Below are positions 58,933 through 64,000 of a stretch of 64,000 nt of DNA, one piece after another. The DNA is from a virus (Duplodnaviria; Caudoviricetes). The notes beneath the pieces are model-generated. The model worked only from the letters and a program-made list of their open reading frames with translations, made no database searches and was not told the origin of the DNA. The position numbers and the translations under genes were made by a program. Every line of letters begins with the position of its first letter. Within the stretch, counting starts at the first letter, position 1. The stretch lies in the IMG/VR virus record IMGVR_UViG_2061766007_000941, positions 5,679 to 69,678 of that record, one strand, 5' to 3'.

Positions 58933-58942
58933 GAGCTATTTT
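58921..58942 (-). terminator. Terminator at the end of the tail gene
   Basis: AAAATAGC-tctt-GCTATTTT(TT). Confidence 0.6.
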
Positions 58943-60599
58943 CTAGTTTTTCTCCACTTTCCATCTTTCTTAATCCAAACTTCTTTTACTTCTTTGTGAT
59001 TAACATTTCTGAATGTGGTTTTATTAACTTCTCTAGCTATGCTATTTTCTTTAACCCATAAACCTGCACCACTAGGTTCAATGGATACTGTTATTTCTCT
59101 TCTATCATAACGGCTATTATCTCTTCCATATAATTCAACTATAAATCTTCTAGTTGTTTGATACATATCTTTGGTAATTAATATATTATGCTCTAAAGAT
59201 GTACCTCCAACTGTTTTAAGATTTGTTCCGTTAGCATCATATAACCTACATTGATAATATCCTTCAGGGTTTGTAAATTTACAAGCCAATCTGATATATC
59301 TATCACCTGTAACATTACCTCCATCAGCAGAACCACTAAATGATTGAATGTTTGCTACTGGAATCTCAGCTGTTTCAAGTCTTAATGTTTGTAATGCACT
59401 ACCAAATCGTTGGTCATTACCTTTATATTCAAGACCTACTACAACATCTAATGTACCTTTTCTACTGTTACCTCTATTAATAGGTACAGTATCTGTCCAT
59501 GTATAAGATCTATCAGGTCCAAGTAATCCTTGTAGATTTCCAAATGGACCATTATAATATTGGGCATTTTTTAGGTAATAACTAGGTGTGCCCCATCTAC
59601 TTTTCCATGTACGAGGCCATCCCCAGTAACGCAGATATCCATTCCATGCTCTAATAGCTATACAAGTACTGTTACTTAATAATCCAAAATATGATGTACT
59701 ATAAGCAGATACAGTACATTCATAAGTTGCACTATTAGCATCACAAGATATTTGTCTAGCACTTACAAATGTATACTTAGCCATTAGTATTTATAATAAA
59801 TAGCCTTTTCAGGTGCATTATTAAGAGCAGCTGATGGGTCTGTAGTTCCCATTAGATGATAAGTGTTATGATAATTAGTTATTGCTGTACTTACAGCATT
59901 ATCTACATATGTTTTATTAGCTATTTCATTAGCATTTGCAGGTGTTGAACATGTAGAACCTGTTGGTAATGTAACACCATTAGTTAAAGTTAAAGCTTGT
60001 GAAATAGTTAAATTTCCAATTGTACCAGTTGAAGCATTTAATTCTCCTACAGTTTGAGATGTTGCTAGTCCTGCTACAGTTTCTGCAATTTCTTCTACTG
60101 TTGATCTGATTTGTGTAACAGCTTCTAATGCCACAGTACCAGCATCATTACTAGATATGATTGCAATACCTTGTGAATTGATGTATACACCATAAAGAAT
60201 TCCTTGTAAGAAATCTCCTGGTTCTAGGAACATTAAGTTTCCTGGATTAGATACATCATATTTCTTTAATGGAACATCTAATCTATGTACTGTTCCTGTG
60301 TCTGGATCTGTTCTAGTGAATCTAATCTTACTTGAATGATCATCTCCATCATAAGCAAATGTATGAGATGCCCTGATATTAAACATTACATTCTTAGGTA
60401 AGTCTGCAACAGTAGTTAGTTCACTTAAGAATCCTGTGACATTTAAATAGTTAGGGTGGTTGGAATCATAGTCTTCAATATATAAAAGATTAAGATACTT
60501 GTCACAGATTTCTTGAACAGAGTTTGCATAGACAGAAACAATTTTATCAATGTCACCAGTAAAGTTTTCTAGTCTTTCAACTCTTTCTTCTAATGTCAT
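58936..60599 (-). CDS. Two probable virion/tail proteins (58936-59784; 59784-60599)
   Basis: Beta-rich Thr/Ser/Asn composition; ANKTYVD and YHLMGTTDPS-type ends seen in tail proteins; function uncertain. Confidence 0.45.
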
Positions 60600-60616
60600 A
60601 ATATTCCTCCTTTAAA

Positions 60617-60641
60617 ATTAAAAGAGTGCTTGCACACTCTT
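60617..60641 (-). terminator. Terminator after endolysin
   Basis: AGAGTGT-GCAA-GCACTCT followed by a T-rich run. Confidence 0.65.
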
Positions 60642-61425
60642 ATATCTTTTTCAAAGCTTCTGCTTTGTAGAATCCAGTAGTGCCAGTTGAATTACCTACT
60701 TGATATGGGAACTTTCTACCTGTCCATATCTTTAGGATTTGTCTTTCCCAACCGATACCTCCAGCTCTCCATCTATCTCCATAACTAGAAGCATTACCAG
60801 GTCCTACGATTTTAACTTTATCTCCTACTTTTAATTCAGCACTGGGTGCTGGTGTAGGAGTTGGTGTAGGAGTTGGTGTAGGTTGTGGAGCAGGTTCAGG
60901 TCTATAACCTTCAGGTGCAATACAACCTCTATATTTGTATGGTGAGTTAGAACCCCAGTTACCATTAGCATTAGATCTAATAGCAGTCCAGAATGGTTTA
61001 CTTGAACCGTAACCTGATTCAGCAGTTCTAATTTTTGTTGGATGTCCTTGAGCATCTCTTGCAAGAATTTCAATTACAATAGCAACATGTCCAGCTCCAT
61101 CAGAACCATCTCCGACTCTACCTTTCGCCCATACAAGAATACCTCCAACCATTGGATCATTGTATACAGATAACTTGGAAGCAATAGCTCTTTCAATAAA
61201 GTTTTCTGCATTACATGTTAAATGGTATTTCTCATATCCAAATTCATGCTCTTCATTAAAGGCACAACATGCGTATCCTACGCAGTTTGCAAGTACATCA
61301 CATTCATCTGTAGGTTTACCTTTAATACAATATGAGTAACCACCAGATGCTGTTCTTGTGAAGTACTTATTTCCTTTTACAGGTTTAGTTGTTCTTATCT
61401 TCATCTTCAATTTCACATCCTTCAC
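60640..61425 (-). CDS. Endolysin, CHAP catalytic domain + Pro/Thr linker + cell-wall-binding domain
   Basis: ANCVGYA (Cys), GHVAIV (His), ESGY; PAPQPTPTPTPTP linker. Confidence 0.85.
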   Translation of the reverse strand: MKDVKLKMKIRTTKPVKGNKYFTRTASGGYSYCIKGKPTDECDVLANCVGYACCAFNEEHEFGYEKYHLTCNAENFIERAIASKLSVYNDPMVGGILVWAKGRVGDGSDGAGHVAIVIEILARDAQGHPTKIRTAESGYGSSKPFWTAIRSNANGNWGSNSPYKYRGCIAPEGYRPEPAPQPTPTPTPTPTPAPSAELKVGDKVKIVGPGNASSYGDRWRAGGIGWERQILKIWTGRKFPYQVGNSTGTTGFYKAEALKKI

Positions 61426-61588
61426 CTATAATATCTTTGAAGTCTTCTTCAGTAGGGAATGTAGTTTGAGGATCATATACCTCTACATCTTCACCATCAC
61501 CGATTCCTTCTTCTTCCATGATATAGTTCTTGTCATATTCTTCTACAAGTTCTTTATCATACTCTACTTCGATTACTTGTTCTTCCAT
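61385..61588 (-). CDS. Small very acidic protein
   Basis: GGAGG RBS; Glu/Asp-rich 67 aa. Confidence 0.55.
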   Translation of the reverse strand: MEEQVIEVEYDKELVEEYDKNYIMEEEGIGDGEDVEVYDPQTTFPTEEDFKDIIGEGCEIEDEDKNN

Positions 61589-61599
61589 AATCTTACCTC

Positions 61600-61896
61600 C
61601 TATTTTTCTTTACTTTGCTTATATAATTGGTTGAAGTATACGCTAGCACCAGCTGTTAATATGCCTTGTGTTATCGCTGTGAATGCAGCCATAGCAATTA
61701 GTTTGGCACTATTTACATCTGTAGTAGCGAATACATATAATGCACTAAGAACAATAGAAACAGTTCCTAGAGTCACAGGAATAAATTTGTCTTTAAAAGC
61801 ACTAGCTTTAAGACCCTTACCTATTAAATAAAGTACTGGTACTAAGATTAATAGTTCAGGTTTAATGAATTCCTTAATGATTTCTATGCCTTCCAT
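61600..61896 (-). CDS. Holin (Hol44-like)
   Basis: KPELLILVPVLYLIG...IP...AITQGIL; three hydrophobic segments. Confidence 0.8.
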   Translation of the reverse strand: MEGIEIIKEFIKPELLILVPVLYLIGKGLKASAFKDKFIPVTLGTVSIVLSALYVFATTDVNSAKLIAMAAFTAITQGILTAGASVYFNQLYKQSKEK

Positions 61897-61917
61897 ATAC
61901 CCTACCTCCTTTATATT

Positions 61918-61946
61918 ATTATAACATAGACTAAATTATTAGACAA
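61918..61946 (-). promoter_or_regulatory. SigmaA promoter for the lysis cassette
   Basis: TTGTCT-17-TATAAT with TGt extension. Confidence 0.65.
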
Positions 61947-61954
61947 TAAAGCAG

Positions 61955-62404
61955 CTAGTGTTTCTTTCTAGCTGCAGCGTCTTGAAGAAGTTTTCTATCT
62001 ACTTCAACTTCTCCATTTATTTTTATCTTTTTTCCATTGATGTTCATGAAATGATATTTCTCTTTATAGAAGTCATAAACATCTAAATCATCAAATGCAC
62101 TCTTAATGATTTCTTCTGAGAGGTCTTCACCCTTTCGTAATTGTAAACCATACTGATGTATTCTACTTTTGGTATTTCTTAAATCTCTCATGTCATTTTC
62201 GTACTCAATAGTATCAACTTGCTTTTGAATCTTATCGATTCTCTCATTAGTGGATTCTGTAATCTTCTTACCAATCCATTTTAAGGGAGAAACTTTAATT
62301 GGTAACACTTCAATGGTTACACCACAGATTGCTAACAAGTCTACAATCACTCTAATCACATAGATTAAATTGTGAAAGTCAATTTGAATTACAGAATTGT
62401 TCAT
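61955..62404 (-). CDS. Membrane-anchored hypothetical protein; own promoter TTGCTA-17-TATAAT (62455-62427)
   Basis: N-terminal hydrophobic segment then coiled coil. Confidence 0.6.
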   Translation of the reverse strand: MNNSVIQIDFHNLIYVIRVIVDLLAICGVTIEVLPIKVSPLKWIGKKITESTNERIDKIQKQVDTIEYENDMRDLRNTKSRIHQYGLQLRKGEDLSEEIIKSAFDDLDVYDFYKEKYHFMNINGKKIKINGEVEVDRKLLQDAAARKKH

Positions 62405-62476
62405 TTTACACTCTCCTTACCCTTTAATTATACTAGATAAATAAAATTCTAGCAACACTAGTATTAGAATTGTTCT

Positions 62477-63037
62477 TCATGCATTTGTTATTGGTGTTTT
62501 TCCTATTGGTACATCATAGTAATCTATATATAATGCTTTTATAGTACCAGCATTACCATTTGAGTCATTTGGAATAATACTTTTAAATACTACCCAACCA
62601 GGAGGTAAATCACTTAGTTTATAACAATTTGGTGCAGTTTTATAAGAACCCCAAGCACCGCTTGTATCACCCCAAGTAAGACCAAAATTCCATTGTCTAC
62701 TTTGAAATTCTCCAGCATTATTAAACCAACCAATTACACAACCTGTACCACTTGTAACATTATCACTACTCCAGATAGACATTCCCATCCATCTTTCACA
62801 ACCTTCGGTAACAGGAAAACTACAACCTATGCCATATGCTTTAGTAACATCTCGCCATTCATTTTTTACGAATGAGTGCCCCCCAAAGAACATTAATTGA
62901 CTATATATAGGAATATTATAATTCCTTTTTAGATTGTTTATATAATTACAACTATAAGCATTAGTTTGACTATTACTTTGTGTATTTACAACAGTATTTT
63001 CAGGTAAATTACCTTGAAATGTTTTCTTTATTCTCAT
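62477..63037 (-). CDS. Tail fibre-associated protein
   Basis: VVNTQSNSQTNAYSCNYIN segment typical of tail fibre modules; Trp-rich beta domain. Confidence 0.5.
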   Translation of the reverse strand: MRIKKTFQGNLPENTVVNTQSNSQTNAYSCNYINNLKRNYNIPIYSQLMFFGGHSFVKNEWRDVTKAYGIGCSFPVTEGCERWMGMSIWSSDNVTSGTGCVIGWFNNAGEFQSRQWNFGLTWGDTSGAWGSYKTAPNCYKLSDLPPGWVVFKSIIPNDSNGNAGTIKALYIDYYDVPIGKTPITNA

Positions 63038-63046
63038 AATTTCCTC

Positions 63047-64000
63047 CTAATCAGTAGTTTTTGTATATTCAATACAAACCCAATAATCTCTTAATCTATT
63101 ACTACCATAAACATTTTGTTCAATATCTATTTTAGTTTTAGTACAATTTAACATAACATTTGCATTAGCGGTTGTTACATATTGTAATGGGAAATATTGT
63201 TGATTTACTGTGTCCCATATTGAGCCATATATATCTTTAACTCTATCAATATTACTGATGTTATGATTAAAAGAATAATGATTATTACTAAATGTAGGAA
63301 AACCTGTATAAAACCAACATTTTCTATATAACTTTTTTCCATTAAAAGTACCTATAATTTTTTCACTCGTAGAATAATCAATCGAATTACTAATATAATC
63401 TGGCACTTCCTCATACCCATCAGGTACAGTATTTCCATCATAGTCAATAACTGAGCCAATAGGCAATGTGTCACCTAAGTCATTTCCCGGAACAGATACT
63501 TTAAATGCTTTAATCATATAGTATTCAGCAATAGATGGTTGAACAATAGATATTGTTTCATCAAAAGTACTATCTTGTCTTATAGGTGCATTATCTGAGT
63601 AACTACCGCTTATTAAAGTTCTTTTAGTGCTTACTACTCTACTTCTAGTTGGATAAGGCTCAATATAAAGAGTGCCATCACTACCAACTGTTTGCCAGTG
63701 TTGATGAGTGTTAGTTTTGCTACCATATTTTTTACCAGCAGCATTGAAATTAGTATCACTAGGGTCAACACCAATAGGTATATAACCCGGCATATTTGGT
63801 AAGTTAAATGTTGTACTTCCATCTCCACTTCCGTGAGTTGTGCCTATTACATCAAACAACTCTTTATAGGTTGTTCTTGATACAGCACTACCATCACATA
63901 GTAACCATCCGTGTGGTGGAGTACTTGCTGGGTATGGTGAAATAAGTCCAATAGGAACACTATCTCCTCCACCTCCACCACCTTCAAATGGTTCTCCATT
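63047..64000 (-). CDS. Tail fibre protein with tail-collar domain, starts beyond the right edge
   Basis: Frame is open to the edge: GDSVPIGLISPYPASTPPHGWLLCDGSAVSRTTYKELFDVIGTTHGSGDGSTTFNLP; second partial collar LPIGSVIDYDGxTVPDGY. Confidence 0.85.
   Translation of the reverse strand, partial: NGEPFEGGGGGGDSVPIGLISPYPASTPPHGWLLCDGSAVSRTTYKELFDVIGTTHGSGDGSTTFNLPNMPGYIPIGVDPSDTNFNAAGKKYGSKTNTHQHWQTVGSDGTLYIEPYPTRSRVVSTKRTLISGSYSDNAPIRQDSTFDETISIVQPSIAEYYMIKAFKVSVPGNDLGDTLPIGSVIDYDGNTVPDGYEEVPDYISNSIDYSTSEKIIGTFNGKKLYRKCWFYTGFPTFSNNHYSFNHNISNIDRVKDIYGSIWDTVNQQYFPLQYVTTANANVMLNCTKTKIDIEQNVYGSNRLRDYWVCIEYTKTTD

Noticed and set aside
60845-60895. Tandem GGTGTAGGAGTT repeat (and the GTAGTA/GTTGTA run near 42410-42430)
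   Set aside because: Encodes ordinary Pro/Thr and Thr linkers.
62477-64000. Tail fibre genes as diversity-generating retroelement targets
   Set aside because: No reverse transcriptase and no template/variable repeat pair seen in the window.
1-64000. Stop-codon reassignment
   Set aside because: Standard code gives dense tiling with TAA, TAG and TGA all used as real stops.

Overview
Most of the genome of an AT-rich tailed phage with podovirus-type architecture, probably infecting a Gram-positive (Bacillota) host (CHAP endolysin, Hol44-like holin, sigmaA-type promoters). All family assignments below come from motif recognition by eye, not from searches. 1-25.3 kb (minus): virion module with partial nozzle, adaptor, capsid, scaffold, portal, TerL and a ~5,240-aa protein. 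That protein carries both catalytic signatures of a two-barrel RNA polymerase (SRDFDGD; K-x7-KG) plus a DEDDh exonuclease. 25.3-26.7 kb: divergence region bounded by inverted motifs, with a CpG-rich patch and a cluster of TGTCCAC-N4-GTGGACA palindromes that recur at distant promoters. 26.8-40 kb (plus): small-gene operon with HAD nucleotidase, MucR-like finger, MoxR/vWA, DnaB and a MazF-like protein. 40-64 kb (mostly minus): GroEL, transglycosylase, GroES, two paralogous putative internal virion proteins, an isolated TerS, primase-helicase, PolA, SF2 helicase, lysis and tail-fibre genes. Three intergenic sRNA genes have their own promoter and terminator. Two of them are complementary to the SD/start region of phage genes 14-24 kb away. 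There is also a ~230-nt structured RNA. No integrase, tRNA, CRISPR array or reverse transcriptase was seen.
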